The notes below the pieces were generated by a model. The model had not been told where the DNA came from, ran no database searches, and was given only the letters and a program-made list of their open reading frames with translations. The position numbers and the translations under genes are program-made. A stretch of DNA of 64,000 bases from the human T2T-CHM13v2.0 reference genome, Homo sapiens: assembly GCF_009914755.1 (NCBI RefSeq), contig NC_060926.1. One strand, given 5' to 3'. Shown one piece after another: positions 13,383 to 28,667 of this stretch; the stretch's first letter is position 1, and each line of letters opens with the position of its first letter.

Positions 13383-13967
13383 TTTTAAGTAAAGAAAATA
13401 TTCGCAGCCTCTGGAGTAGTAGACATCTCCAGAGAAAGTCTGGCATTCTTTGGTAACTCATGGCATTTATTACATTAGCTTTGGATGGAACAACCCCCAA
13501 CCCCCAAGTCTGAGCATGTGGTTTGATGCTGCTTCCTTTCCATTTTCACTCTGCTCTCTTGGATTCTATGTAGCAAAAAGGTACCTTTTCTAGGGTCACA
13601 TGTCCACTTCTCAAACTCTGTCTTGCACTGGGGATTTGAGGGTGGACTATCAGAGCATAATGGAAGAGGCAGGAAAGGATAGCACTAATTAGAGAACTTG
13701 ATAGGCCTTTTGCTACTGATAAAGATTCTGTCCTGTATCATCCATGAGGTTTGGATTTGCACTTCTAAAAAATAGCTGTGTGTTTTTGACAATAGCCACT
13801 CCCTTTTTGCTCCTTTCTGGTCTCTTTCCTAAATGACTTTCCAGGATAGTATAAAATAAGCAATCTATTTAGAGGAACAAAACAAAGAACTACACCATTA
13901 GCATTAAAATATTTCTAGGGTAGTTTAGGTAACATAGAACTTTGTAGCTCAGCAGTCTTGGAATCAC

Positions 13968-14098
13968 TAGACTCTAAGCCCCATGTAGTCAGAGACTGCC
14001 TGCTTTTATAATTCATCCCCAACAGCAGGCTATTGCATAACACATTGTTACCACCCACACCATTTTGTTGAGTAAATGAATGAATGCATGAACGAATC
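13968..14098 (+). mobile_element. L2 3' end
   Basis: ctagactctaagccccatg...ttttgttgagtaaatgaatgaatg. Confidence 0.75.
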
Positions 14099-14409
14099 AG
14101 AGGATTCTATTGTCTAAATAAACTTTGGAGGTGACTTAGTCTTCTCTTCCCTCTGATGCTTAGATCTTCTTTATCTCTCAGTTCAACATATATTGCTCAA
14201 ATGGTTCCTAGGTGCAAGGGATCTGGAAGTTATTAAAATGAAATAGATTTTGGACCATGACCTTGACAAATTATGATCTACTAGGAGAGATAATATGGAA
14301 ATCAGTATAATACTACAGAGACAGTAAAAAGGAAAAAGAAATGTTTGCACTTAATAATTATTCCACCATTGTTCCAAAAGTTTCAATTATAGGGAACTAA
14401 GTTCCACTA

Positions 14410-14610
14410 CTAATAAAAGTCAATATGCATTGTATGCTTACTGCATGCTAAATATATTATGTCATTATAATATTTATGTTCAGGTGTATACTATGATTGT
14501 ATGTATTTTACGACAAGGAAATTGAGGCTCAGAGAGGTTAAAGAACTTGCTCAAGGTGACAGAGCCAGTAGGTGGTAGAACAAAGACTCCTACATTCTGA
14601 CCTAGTCCAT
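14410..14610 (-). mobile_element. MIR SINE
   Basis: aaggaaattgaggctcagagaggttaaagaacttgctcaaggtgacagagccagt. Confidence 0.85.
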
Positions 14611-15047
14611 ATGTAAGCAGATTTATTGCTAGAAATATCTTGATGTTGCATTGAAATCTGCCTCTCCTTATTTTCCATTTGGAACTAATTCCACTCTCCC
14701 GAGCCAGAAAAACCAAGCCTCTCATTACTTGAAAAACCAATTAATGAGTTAAATTACATCAAGTTAGTTTAACAGTCAGCAATTCCCTGTTGTAATCATA
14801 GTTAGGCTGCTACCATTTTTGTCCCAATCATTGGCCCACACTGAATTTTGTGTCTAATTCATTGCTTTCTGTCTCCTTAATTTCATCCTCTGCCCCCAGA
14901 AATACTATGCTGAGTATTGATGCTGCAGCAACATATTAATTTTTATGTTTTCTGACTCATTTACCCCAAAGCCATAGTGCATCAAATGCTTTTGGGTTTG
15001 TGACCATTTTATCTTTGGTTTCAGTCACTGTTTATCTGGTCGCATCT

Positions 15048-16290
<1,243 letters not shown>

Positions 16291-17952
16291 GCTCAGGAGA
16301 TGTTTGTGTCCACAGGAGGAGAGTGATCTGGGTGGGAGGTTTACATGTCCCTCCTTCCATCTCCCGGTCCTTCTTTCCCTCCTCCCTCTTTCTTTGTTTG
16401 GTACTTCCTTTCTTCTCTCTTTTCTTTTTCTGCCTTCTTTTGAGAATGAAACCTAAGAGTGTTTATACGTAGAGGGAAAAAGTGGAGCTAGAAGTTTAAG
16501 ACACAGGAAAGGGAGGAAAAATGTCCTAGTGTGAGATTCCAAGGAGGAAGAAGGGCCAGGATAAGGTGGGGAGAGGGATGCCTCTTTTGCTCATTGCCTT
16601 TATCTGTCTTTGTCCTGGATTGATTGTCCTATCCTTTTCTTCCACTTCGTGTCTTCTCCCGTATTTCTACACAAGGCACAGTCAAATAAGGGCTGGCACG
16701 TGCGCATCTTTGTGCACACATGTGTGTGCACAAGCATTGAGGGATGCACAGGTGCACACACCTTGTAGAGCCTCTAGTAGCTCAAGTCACATTTTTTCGC
16801 ATTTCCAGATTGTAAGGCTTACTGAGGGGCAGATGGGACGTTCTCACAGGAAAAAGGCTGACCTCAGGGAGAAAGATGTGGCCCCCACCTACAAACCAAT
16901 GATGTCTACTCCCAACAGGGGACGTCTTTCCCCTGCGTGAAGCAACAGGACAGATTTGGTTAGGTGTGGCATCGATGTCCTAATCTCCTATGAGCACACA
17001 ATGAATGAAGGTGGGGGGCTCTGTTAACTGGAGGGAATCAGGGGCTGCCCTGCAAAGCATGTGCAAAGAAAATAAATGCAATTGGAGTGTTGTCTACACA
17101 TCGTCCTCAGTGGGCACAAAAGAGGCACAGTGGGATGGGGCTCTGACCCAGTTTCCATTTGGCCAGCCGACTGGAAACAGCTACTCACTGGGCCACTGGG
17201 TTCTTTCCAAAGAACAGTGAAGAACAGTGGTTTGGGGTAGGTGGGGGCAGGGGCTGGTGGGGCAAGAATGTCAGAAGCAAATGCAGGCGTGGCTGGTCCA
17301 GTAGTTCCAGTACCAAAGAAGCCGCTATCTGGAAGAGTGGGACAACCCATCCTAAACATGGGAAGAAGAAACAGGAAATTTCAAAAGATACAACTACTAA
17401 TTAAATGAAAGCACTCCTTAACCACCCCTTTGATAATTAGATCATCTTCTCCTAGAATGAGAAGGAATATTAGTCTGACTTTGCCCTCCATATGGAGAAA
17501 CATGGCAGGCAGGCTCTCTGTGCCTGGAGGGTCTGGCCAGACTTTGTCTGGCATGGGTATTTTGACTCCAGCCTATTTTTTAGGGATCCTCCTGCAGCTG
17601 GTCCTCAAGAGGTCTGAACTTTGCCGTCTCATTTCTAAAGCCTCTTTCAGCAGGTACTGGGGTTCCCAGGTCCAGGGAAGCCTGGTCATTGCTAGAACAC
17701 ATGGCAACATCCTTCAGGAAACTCAGCTCAGACTGTCTGGAAAGATGCTGGAAAGGCTGAATCCATGCAAGTATTATCTAACCAGCCCCAAGTCATGTTT
17801 TCACACTTAGATTTCTACAGGATATTCATAAATTCTGGAAACAAAGATATTGCCACTTTATTTTATTTTTACACATTGAGAAGTTTCCTTGGCAACATAA
17901 CATGTATTTGCCTATGTTTCCAAGGTTTATGGATGAATGTGGGTGGTCAATG

Positions 17953-18130
17953 GGATTCATTCATTTTGCCAAGCAAACGATATGTTTGAAGCCATATTAA
18001 GTGCCAGGTACCATAGAGGATACAGATGTTCATAATGTAAACTGCCCTCTAGCAGCTTACAGTGTACTACCTAGGAATAATGCTTACACTGCAGTAAACA
18101 ACATAAGGCAGAATATATATATGTCTTTGT
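17953..18130 (-). mobile_element. L2 3' fragment
   Basis: attcattcatt...gtgccaggtacc...gccctctagcagcttacagt. Confidence 0.65.
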
Positions 18131-18154
18131 ACTCATAACAAAATGTGGTAAAAG

Positions 18155-18660
18155 TCAAGGTCAGGGCTCTTTTAACTTTCTTAGTAGCAGAAACCCAAAT
18201 TGAACTTAAGCAAAAGGGGAATTATTTATTTAAAACACAAAGAAATTATTTATTGAAAGCAAACAGGAAATTGATTATTGCTTCTTACAACTCATGAGCT
18301 AAAAGACAGAGCTGGGTTCAGATACAGATATATCCAGAGTTGTGATGCTATCAGGACGCTGTCTGGTAATGAAACCAACCACAGCACAGAGCCTGGAGTG
18401 GAGGGACAGACCAACTCTCTTCAGATGCCACATCCTCACCCAGCAGACCTCCTCCTCTCCAGCACCCATTCATCAAACCTTCGAGAAGACCCTGGTTGCT
18501 ACTGCAAGGCTTTCAGCACCAAATGGGAACCAACTCCTCCTCCTTGGACATGGAATACTTGAACTGGCCATTCTGGGACAGGGGCCTGCCCATGTGAATG
18601 GAGGGAGGAAGAAGTGAAATCCTTAAAGGGTTGCTGGGTCAGCATATCACAAATTTCCCT
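18155..18660 (-). mobile_element. Very old MLT1-type MaLR LTR remnant
   Basis: tcagggctctttt...agcagaaacccaaattgaacttaagcaaaagggg is the typical reverse start of MLT1J/K/L; right boundary uncertain. Confidence 0.55.
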
Positions 18661-21195
18661 TGCCGTGAGCCAGATCTGATGGGATGGTATTAGTCAATAG
18701 GTAGATAATAGGGGGAAGAGGGGGTGAAGAATGAGATGGTTCTACAAAAAGAAAGGCAGGGTGCCAGAAGGTAGAATTTGGGCAATAGTGAGTCACAGAA
18801 TTGATTGTGTCTTGGAGCCCATGGAAGGGAGCTGAGGCACCTACGGTTGGAGGGGGAGGTGGGGACCCTTGGGCACAGCTAAAGAGTCTGCTTTTGGGTA
18901 GGATGTACAGAGCAATTAGAATTATTTAGCAGTGACTTAAAGCCAAGAGAACAAATCTGGCTTCAGAGTGTTGACATGGAAGAAAGGAAGAGGCAAATGG
19001 AAGAGGCTATTCCAAAGGGAGAAGGTCTGAGCTTGGTGGTGCCTGGGAAGAAAGGACACTGCAGCCAAGCTGAGCCTGTGTCCAGCTGAACACGGACATT
19101 TACTTCTGCTTCTGAGGGGAAATATTGTCATGTCTTATGGGTGTACCCAGCAAAAGATGTTTCCACTAAAAGACTATAGAGAATTGCTTATTTCTAAGGA
19201 CTGAATTCCGAATGTTTTTGGTCAGGTTCTCTCTGAACAGAGAACCATTGTCCCTGAGCAGAAGCGGTCTTCACACAACTAGCAACCATGTAGTGTTTTC
19301 TCATTCAAATGGCGTTTGGTATTCACCTGCCTGTCCTGGAACAAATGCAAAGTCAGGGTTGTTTCTAGCTCTCCCCCAATATTGGAAAAATGCTGATGAA
19401 CTGAGCCTGGTTCCATTTTACACCTGACAAAAGGAACTCAGATGAGAGTGTTGGTAACTGGGTTTAAGGAGGAGTCAGAGGTGACTGCTGAAATTTCTGC
19501 CAGACTACAACTAAATTAAAAAAGGAATTCGGTTTAAGAAGCCAATCTTCAACTAATTTGAACATGAGGATGCTCAACTTAGAAGCCTCCCATGGGGCCC
19601 TGGAGCCCAGAAGGGACTGCATACTCTTTGCTCCTGCAGGTAACTCAGGGCTTTGTTCTGGTGTCTCTGACAGGCTTCTAACCTTCTGCAATTCTGTTGC
19701 CACAATTTCTGTGGCACCAGGAGAAAATTCATGCATCTAGGCTAGGGTGGTGCTCTCATGTGTCTCCAGGAGAGTGTGGCCTGGGTTAGCTTAAGACTAG
19801 GAATGTGCTGACAGCTGGGAAGAAAGTCAAAAGAAGGCATGGCATGTGGTTATGGGGCCGGAGGGACCGCTTGGGGGGAGAGGTGGAAGCGCTGACATGA
19901 GCTTGCTCTGCATCGCTGGTTCCCAGAGGTGGCCTGATAGGAGAGTGCCAACTGGTGGTATGCCGTGGGCTCTGGGGAAGGGGCTAGAATGTTGTTGCAG
20001 CCCAGAGGGGCTGGGCTAGTGAGGAGCAAAAGAAAACATAAGCTGGGGGGAAACTGCCTAATAGACCAATTAGGAGACAGGGTTGTGCCCTAAGGGATGG
20101 GTGGGAGCAGGGGGTGCTAGAAGTAGACAGAGAGTAACTCTCAGCTCTGAACAGCGTCCCACATAGGAGGAAGAACACTGATGTGAGGCCAAGTGGCTTG
20201 GAAGGGCGTTGACACCCCATTCCCTACAACAAAGGGTTTGGCAAACTCATCTCATTTGCTACTTGTCCTATAGGTAAGGATGGACACCAAACCCAAAGAG
20301 ACTTTTGGGATGTGGATAAAAATTGAAAACTTTGCCTCTCATTAATCCCTTGGAGAATATAGCATCTCCTTCAAACTGGACTGCTCTCCTTGATCCCTTG
20401 TCTTTACCTGAAAATATCTTTCAAGGCCTAGCTCATGCTACCTTGGCCATAGGAACTTTCCTTATCACCTCCATCAATGCTGTTTGTCCCTCCACTAGAA
20501 TCTTCTGTTTTGGTACTCCTCTTACTCAGCCTCAAGTTAAATTTATGTGTACTGGTTTTAACCCCAGTACCCAGTAAAGGTTCTGAATACACGTGATGAA
20601 ATAAGTCTCTCCTATCCCATGGCACCTAGTATAGCATTTAGTTGCTATACTAATTATTATAATTAGCATTTATTACGGGCTTACTATGTGCAAAGTGCCA
20701 TTATTCCATTTATTATTCACAAAAATATTTAGTTTCTACTATTCTCTAATTTATTAGATAACCTAATATAAATCTTTTTTGTTTTGATTGTTGCTAGCTG
20801 ATTGAAGGAAATAGAATTGTGGTGTGGTAGTAGGGGATGTTGAGTGAGTCTTCCTCATTCTTAATATTTCCTTCCACTAGGATAACGCCCCTGGGCTCTC
20901 TTCATCAGGGGAGGAGGAGTGACTTCATCTGATAGATTCGGAAGGGAAAATGTTACCCAGTGGCTTCTCAGTCCTCTTTCTCTTGGAGCGAGCCCATCTC
21001 TGGAGCACATACACTCTGCCCTGCTCCTGTAGGTCTCGAGTTCTCAGGGGAAGGGTTTGCCCTGTAAGAGAGCTTGTCCTTCTCCAGTGAGGCCTGTCAC
21101 TGGGAAGATAATTCTGTACAGTGCTGGGATTCAAATTTAGAAAGCCCACTTGCCCCATAATTAAGCCACATTCACCAGCTTTAACAATGACAGAG

Positions 21196-21231
21196 GTGAT
21201 ATTGAGTTCTCCAGTGATATTGAGTTCTCCA
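21196..21231. repeat. Perfect 18-bp tandem duplication (gtgatattgagttctcca)x2
   Basis: Direct observation: 21196-21213 and 21214-21231. Confidence 0.95.
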
Positions 21232-21814
21232 TCTGCCTTATGCTTTTCTGCTTATTTCCCCATTGGTTCAGAATTCTGGTGGGAAAAGGGGTGCTGTTTG
21301 TGGGATGCCTTCCCACCCTCATGTGGCCCTCCATAAGTTCTTCATCCCTCATTGCATTCAATAACTTGGGTGTGGTGTGGGTGGAGTGCATGTGCCATAT
21401 GACCCTCTCCCTTGAGTCTTTGAAACCTATTTCTTACTTTATGACTTTGGACTTCCTTTTCTTTGGGAGTATAAAAGTGGATACCACCATTCCACCCCTT
21501 ACCCGTCATCAGGAGAAGTTAGTTGGGAAGCAAAGGCGGAGTGAGGTGGAGGGAAGAGTCTAAAAACAGCTCTACACTTAGCTTTGTCCTTGCATTGATG
21601 ACAAGCGATGTTGGATCCTGAAAGGTGGGGATGGGAGGTAGGAAGACCCAGGAAGTTGCTGTGAAGGCTAAATCCTAAAGACAGTCACTAAAAGTTTCCA
21701 GAAGGGGCATCTATCACTCCACAGGCAAGCAAGATGAGACCATGTTGAAAAGGTCTTAAAGAAGCCAGGGAAGAGGTGAAACATCTCTCTGTGTGCTGAG
21801 GACCATACCAGGTC

Positions 21815-21950
21815 CTTCATTATCATATTCTACACATTGAAAATGAAGGTAAGAGAGCAAGCAACTTGCCCTAGGCTACCCAGGGAATAGGGAGGAAAGT
21901 CTGGATTTGAACCTACTGCTGCCTGACTCCGAAGCCCTGTTCTTTCTCTC
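21815..21950 (-). mobile_element. MIR SINE
   Basis: gcaacttgccctaggctacc...ggatttgaacc...gcctgactccgaagcc. Confidence 0.75.
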
Positions 21951-23052
21951 ACCCTGGAGGATGGATGAGGGTGGGATGGGGCAGTTAAAAGTTGAGGGGT
22001 ATCTCCAGGAGAAAGATGAGACACATGACCATTGGGTCTAAGGAGCCAGAGAGAGGCCATTGTGTCTGAGCCTGGACAGCCAAGCTTCCTAGAGACAGAG
22101 GATGGGGTGAGATGACTTCTGGCTGACTCTGCCTCCTTGAGCTCTTTAGGATCCCCTGCAGAATCTCCCAAAATGATGCTCATTGGAAACAGAGAGAGCA
22201 CGTTCAAGTAAGTATTTGTGCCACACTATGATTGTTCCAATGACGTCAAGTCTGGGATGGCAACAGCAGCGGTTCCATTTTTTTTCTTCAGGACCTGGAT
22301 TCTTGCTCCAAGGTCTTCCACCTCCCTCCTCATTTTCTTCCACTCCCACTGCAGGCTCCTTCCTTGGAGGAGCTGGGGCAGGGAGTAGGGGTGGAGGTTG
22401 TGTGTGCACTTGTGCACATGCATGCCTGTCTCTTATGTGTTGCTGAGTCAGGAATGGGCAGGAAGGAGAGGCTTGGACAGCAAGGCAGCCCTGGGCAATC
22501 TGGTGATGAACTTGAAACGGGAGAGGGTCTATTGTGCATTTGCACTGACTCTGTGCAGGAAGGGTGGGGGCAGGCCAAGGAGGACTGGCTTGGCTGAGAC
22601 ATGAGATGTCTCAGGGGAGGGTTTGGCTGAGGCAGTGGAAGAATGCTTGTCGGGAACCGGCCTGCCTGGAATTGTAACCTCCCCTGCTGTCTCTGCACCA
22701 CACTCAGAGTACAGCTGTATGCCTCTTAGCTGGTAGATTCCTTTTCTAGCTGGGGACACCGTGGACAGGGACAGTGGGGAAGAGCATTGGACTCAGAGAC
22801 AACTTGACATCAAGTCCTGCTTGGAATCCTATTTGGGTTTGTAATTCGTTGAAGGCAGACACAGACATAAACTAATCCTTAGTTTTCCCATCCCTTCAAT
22901 AAGGAGTACAACACCTATCACACAAGGCTACAAGAATAAAAGAGAGAACTTGTACAAAGGCAGGGCCTCCACTTGGCACATCTTAGATCCTAGACAAATG
23001 CTGAACAAGGCAGCATGGTGTGATGGTGAAGGGTTACAGCCAGACTGACTGA

Positions 23053-23562
<510 letters not shown>

Positions 23563-24242
23563 TAAATTCAAATTTTTAAATTTTTCATTCCTCAGGCTTC
23601 TCACTTGTAAAATAGAAATAATAATAGCATCTCCCCCACAGGCCTGTGCTGAGAGTGAAATGTGTTACTACACGTGCCTCACCTTCATTTTCAACAGGAC
23701 CTATTGCCAGTAAGTGCTCGTTAATGTTAGCCATTATTCTTGGCATTGCTGTTGTTATTAGTGTCAGCCATCATTCTCTCAGCCAAGAGATCCTTCCAGA
23801 AGAGAAGTTCTCCATGGAGGGGGATGGGAGATGAGCTGAACCCTGGAAACAGAAATGGATCAGATCAGGGAGCCTCAGTGCCCTGAAGCCAGGGCAGGGG
23901 TGCATGGGGCTTCTGCAAAACCCAGGGCCAAGCATGCAGGCAAGAGGCAGCCTTGCCAAGCCCTTGCAGAAAATGCTTGCAGTGCAACTCCTCTCTGGAG
24001 ACGCCACAAGTTGCCCCGACAGCTTTTCCTTTTGGGGCTTGTTTAACATTTCAAACAAAAATAAAATAAATAACTGCAGTGTTTATGGAAACCTAAGACA
24101 GAAATGAAGACGACTTAGAAGAAAGTTAAGTGGAAGTGGGCCAGGAGGGGGTTTAGAAGATGCCCCTTTCCTTGGTGTTAGCAGTTTTGTGCTTCAGTTT
24201 GTCAGCTCTTCCTACTGCTCTCCCCTAGCAACTCCTCTGCCA

Positions 24243-24360
24243 GTGTGCACAAATGCATGTGTGCACACATGTGCATGTGAATGCATGTACACACACATGA
24301 CACACACACACTCATCCCAACGAGAGGCACACATTTCAGACACCATCTCACACACACACA
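24243..24360. repeat. Alternating purine-pyrimidine (TG/CA) low-complexity tract
   Basis: gtgtgcacaaatgcatgtgtgcacacatgtgcatgtg...acacacacac. Confidence 0.85.
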
Positions 24361-26199
24361 TTTCTCTCTTTCTGGAAATGTGTCCACCCACTTTCTCCTT
24401 TATCTTCTTCACTGTGTTTTTTTGTTTTTTTTTTTTTTTTCTTTTTAGACAAAGAATCTAATTAACTCATTCTGGCCAGATGGTGTACATTACTTTAACT
24501 CCTTCATTCCTGTGAAAATTTTTGGCCTCAACCTTCACTCTGAATAGACCAAGCCAAACTCGTTTTATGTGGATAAGCCATTTCCAAGTCAAAGTTCCGT
24601 GGCAGGAAGTGGGAGAGTGGGCAGAGGGAGCAGGTCCTTACAAGCAAAGACTTGTATAATGCTTTGCCTAGATTTGCTTATCAGTATGTTAAATATATGT
24701 GGACTATTTTATTCTTCCACCTTTTATTTTGGTATCTTCTTTGTCTATCCAGTCTCACTTTGCCAGACTCCATTATGCAAGAGAGGCTTTGCCAGAAGCA
24801 AGGATGCTGTAGAGGAAAGTAATGAAAATGTGAGGATTTCTCAGAAGGCCACATACAATCTCTAGGTCTTTCCAGTACACACAGCTTCAAAAGCCAGGTG
24901 CTGTGTTCCCCAAGCAGGTCAGGGCATTTCCAGGAGCCCTGGATTCCAGAAGCTCAGGACACCTCAGTGGTAAAGAGACCCTAATGCCGGTGACAGCACA
25001 GACCCTGGAAACCCTAGATTGCCTCCGTGTGTTCCTCTTGGCCTCAGCAGGGCTGGTTTCCCCCTCCTGTAGGAGCAGAGGAGGCTCTCCTCTCTTGAGC
25101 CCAGGGCCTAGCATAGTGACCATAAGGAAGCATAGAAGATCCAGCTGCAGATTTGGAAAACAGAGCCCTCATCTCTGGAAGAGCCAAAACTGATCCTCAA
25201 CATGTGCCATGCACATCAGATATCAAACGCTTCATTCATTTTGCCTTCGCTGGGTAACCAGTGACCTTGAGAAGTCACCTCTCTTGAGTCTCAATTTCTT
25301 CAAGTTGGGAACATTACATGACAGGACAGGACTGTGAGGATTAAATGTAAACAACATTTTTTTTTTTTCTATAGAACATACTGTGGGGCCAGCACCATGC
25401 AAGGTGCTTTTATCTACAATTTATTTCTTTCCCTTCCCATGCCTTCTGCCTCTTTGAATAACTGCTGCAATGGCTGTAGAGAGATAAATGCAGTAGACCA
25501 AGACTTTTAGTGATTTTTAAACAATGTTCTAGGGCAAATACATGGGTATGTTTACATACTCCACAAAGTGAAAAAATTATGCTAGTCAGTGTGCAAAGTG
25601 TGTTTTTCCAGACCTGCAAAAACTGAGATCAACTTCCATATTTCCAACTTCCATATTCCCTTCATCCCTTAAGCTACCAGGCAGAGGATGGGAGATAAAA
25701 TTTGGCCATAAACTTGTCATGGGTCCATCTTGGTCCTAATTAGAATTATCTACTTCCTAATCCATTAACTGCATGGATAGATAGTCTGAGGGCCTCAAGG
25801 GCAAGAGATGACTTCTACCCCTCCACCCATCCAGCCCTGACCCACCCTTCTCATATACATTGGAGAAAGCTCTGCTCTGTGTAAAACACATCAAGTGCAG
25901 GACATGGTTCTTTTCTTCAACTATCTACAGAAATGAATAGCGGCCCTAGAGAAATGCAAAAGATGCCTGCAATCCAAGGCCAAATTGGAGAACATTTCAA
26001 GGAGAACTGGGCCTTTATTGTAGAGTTTGGGAAATGAGTAACATGTAGATCTGTGAATAGATATGTCTGAGGAAGCACCAGGCAGCGGAAATAGCTGGTT
26101 GCAGGAGCAGTTTGTCCTGCCCACCTGAATCTTCAGGTTCCTTCAGCTAAGCCTTAGGAGAGGAGGCTGGAGAGCTGCTTTGCTGGATCATCTCCTTTG

Positions 26200-26470
26200 G
26201 CCCCCCTCAGACTAGAACTCCACCTCCTCTCTACCTAGCTCTGTGCTCCACAGGCTGCCTCTGGGCTGCACTGATGGGCTCCCTTGACTGCTGGCTCCTG
26301 TTCAGGGTTGGAGGAGGAGGATGAAGTCATGGAATAGTGTCCCCATGCTGGGCTGCAGGTACAGTTGCTGCTTCTCTACTGAAGACCCCTGACAGCAACC
26401 CTGTCTTACAGCCAGGGTGTTTGTAGTTGCTCCCTCCTCCCTGTCCCTTTAGAGTGGTGATGGCACTATA
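26200..26470 (+). mobile_element. Degraded LTR33-like ERVL LTR fragment
   Basis: gggctcccttgactgctggctcctgtt...gctccctcctccctgtccctttagagtggtgatggc resembles the element at 12496-12958. Confidence 0.45.
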
Positions 26471-27317
26471 TGTTAGATATGGTCAGAGCAGGAGACATCA
26501 TTTTCCCTTAATTCTATTCTGCCTTGTAACCCCTTTCTTAGACTCTCTGCTGAGTCTCTGCTTATGTGTTGGGATTGCATTGATGCAGATGCTTTAGGGC
26601 CACGTTGTGGAGGATACAAGATGATGAGACAGGAGGCAGCGTATGGTGAATCACTTCTCACAGCTCCTAACTAAGTTCTGGGCACATGAATGGGTACTCA
26701 GCACATACCTACTGACCAAGCCTATGGAGAGCTGAAAACTCATAGGCTGACTTTGAAGCGAGGCCTTTGAAACCATCGTCCCAGGGGAAATAATCTAGGT
26801 CAAAGAGACGGCTGTGGCAAGGGTGCGAGCTGGCAAGCATGAGGGCTGACAAAGCAGGCAGCACTCCTCCTGAGCAGATGACCAGCCCCGCAGTGCTGGA
26901 TGGGTACGACTATTCCAAACCCTGGTGTAATTCTGTCCTCTAACGTGGCTGGTTTGACTCAGCACTGCTGGGGAGCCACAGAGCCTTCTTCTTTAGCATT
27001 TATGAGCTCATTATAAGCATCCAAGAAAACATCAACAAAGGGTGCTAAGTCCCTCTAGAACTGCCTTTTAAATTTTTCTTTTGTAAAAAGAATGATGCTT
27101 TAAGTAAAACCACAACTTACAGAATTCAGACAAAACCAGGCAGCCCCCAATGTTGTTATCCCAGCTCCTCTTGGAATAAATTTGGGAATGAACAAAAAGT
27201 CACAGAAGAGAAAACTCCAGCCCACACCCACACCTTTTCTGACATAGCCGCCTGTGCAGGTTTTTGGGACCAGGTCTGCCATCTGTATTCCCAGGCTGGG
27301 CTGGAGCACCTGAGGCT

Positions 27318-27505
27318 ACTATGGTTACAGAAAGGAACCTGGCATCCGAAGGTATAGGCTCAAATCCCAGCTCTCATGATTGCTAGCTTTGAGGTTTCAG
27401 GTTCATTTCTTAAGTGCTCTGAGCTTTGGTGCCCTCCTCTTCAAAATGGGAATGAGGAGCATGTCTAGCTCCCTGTTTTGTTGCAGTGAATAGCTACATG
27501 AAGAA
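27318..27505 (+). mobile_element. MIR SINE
   Basis: ggctcaaatcccagctct...ctctgagctttggtgccctcctcttcaaaatgggaatga. Confidence 0.7.
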
Positions 27506-27643
27506 CAGCTAAACCAGAACAGAAAGAAGGCAAATGGAAGCTACAGAAACCAAGGATTTCCTTGTTGAATCGAATCTTCCTTCAATCTTCCTTCACCACA
27601 CTAGTGGATCTCCCTGTGGGAGGGATGTTGAGAGTGCTCCGTG

Positions 27644-27951
<308 letters not shown>

Positions 27952-28303
27952 TTCTCTGTGTGTTTTTAATCAATAGCAATATGTACCATATTTAGTAGGG
28001 ACTATAAAGAAATTGTGCTAGAAACACCTGGTTATTTTACAGAACTTTGCCAGTGAGTACAAAAATATGCGTAGCCCACAACCTCTCTCCCCTAGAAAAT
28101 ACCTCCTGTGGGTAGAATGAAATGGGTAGGTGTTCTTACCATTCATTAGCATTTCAACCTGGCTATCTTCTTCCTAGAATTCCACTACTCCCAATTGCCC
28201 ATGTGTTTCCAATAAAACCAATTCAATTGTGTACCAACTTGGTGACAAAACCTTTGTGTAGTTCTTCTATCATTTTGTGGGGTTTTCAAAGAGGGTTGCT
28301 CTT

Positions 28304-28667
28304 TGATATGGTTTGATGCTGTGTCCCCACCCAAATCTCATCTCTAATTGTAATCTCCATGTGTCAGGGGAGGGGCCTGGTAGGAGGTGATTGAATCATG
28401 GGGGGGGGGACTGTTCTTGTGATAGTGAGTGAGTACTCACGAGATCTGGTTGTTTGAAAGTCTGTGGCACTTCCCCCTTTGCTCTGTCTCCCTCTTTCTC
28501 TCCTGCCACCATGTAAGACGTGCCTTGCTTCCCCTTCACCTTCTGCCATGATTATAAGTTTCCTGAGGCCTCGCCAGCCATGCAGAACAGTGTCAATTAA
28601 ACCCCTTCCTTATACATTACCCAGTCTCAGCTAGTTCTTTATAGCAGTGTGAAAACAGACTAACACA
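28304..28667 (+). mobile_element. THE1 (THE1D-like) MaLR solo LTR, complete, with 5-bp TSD
   Basis: tgatatggttt...tgtgtccccacccaaatctcatc start and cagtgtgaaaacagactaacaca end (TG...CA); TSD ctctt at 28299-28303 and 28668-28672. Confidence 0.93.

Noticed and set aside
18512-18520. ttcagcacc REST/NRSF half-site
   Set aside because: The second half (ggacag) is absent at canonical spacing, and it lies in a degraded LTR region.
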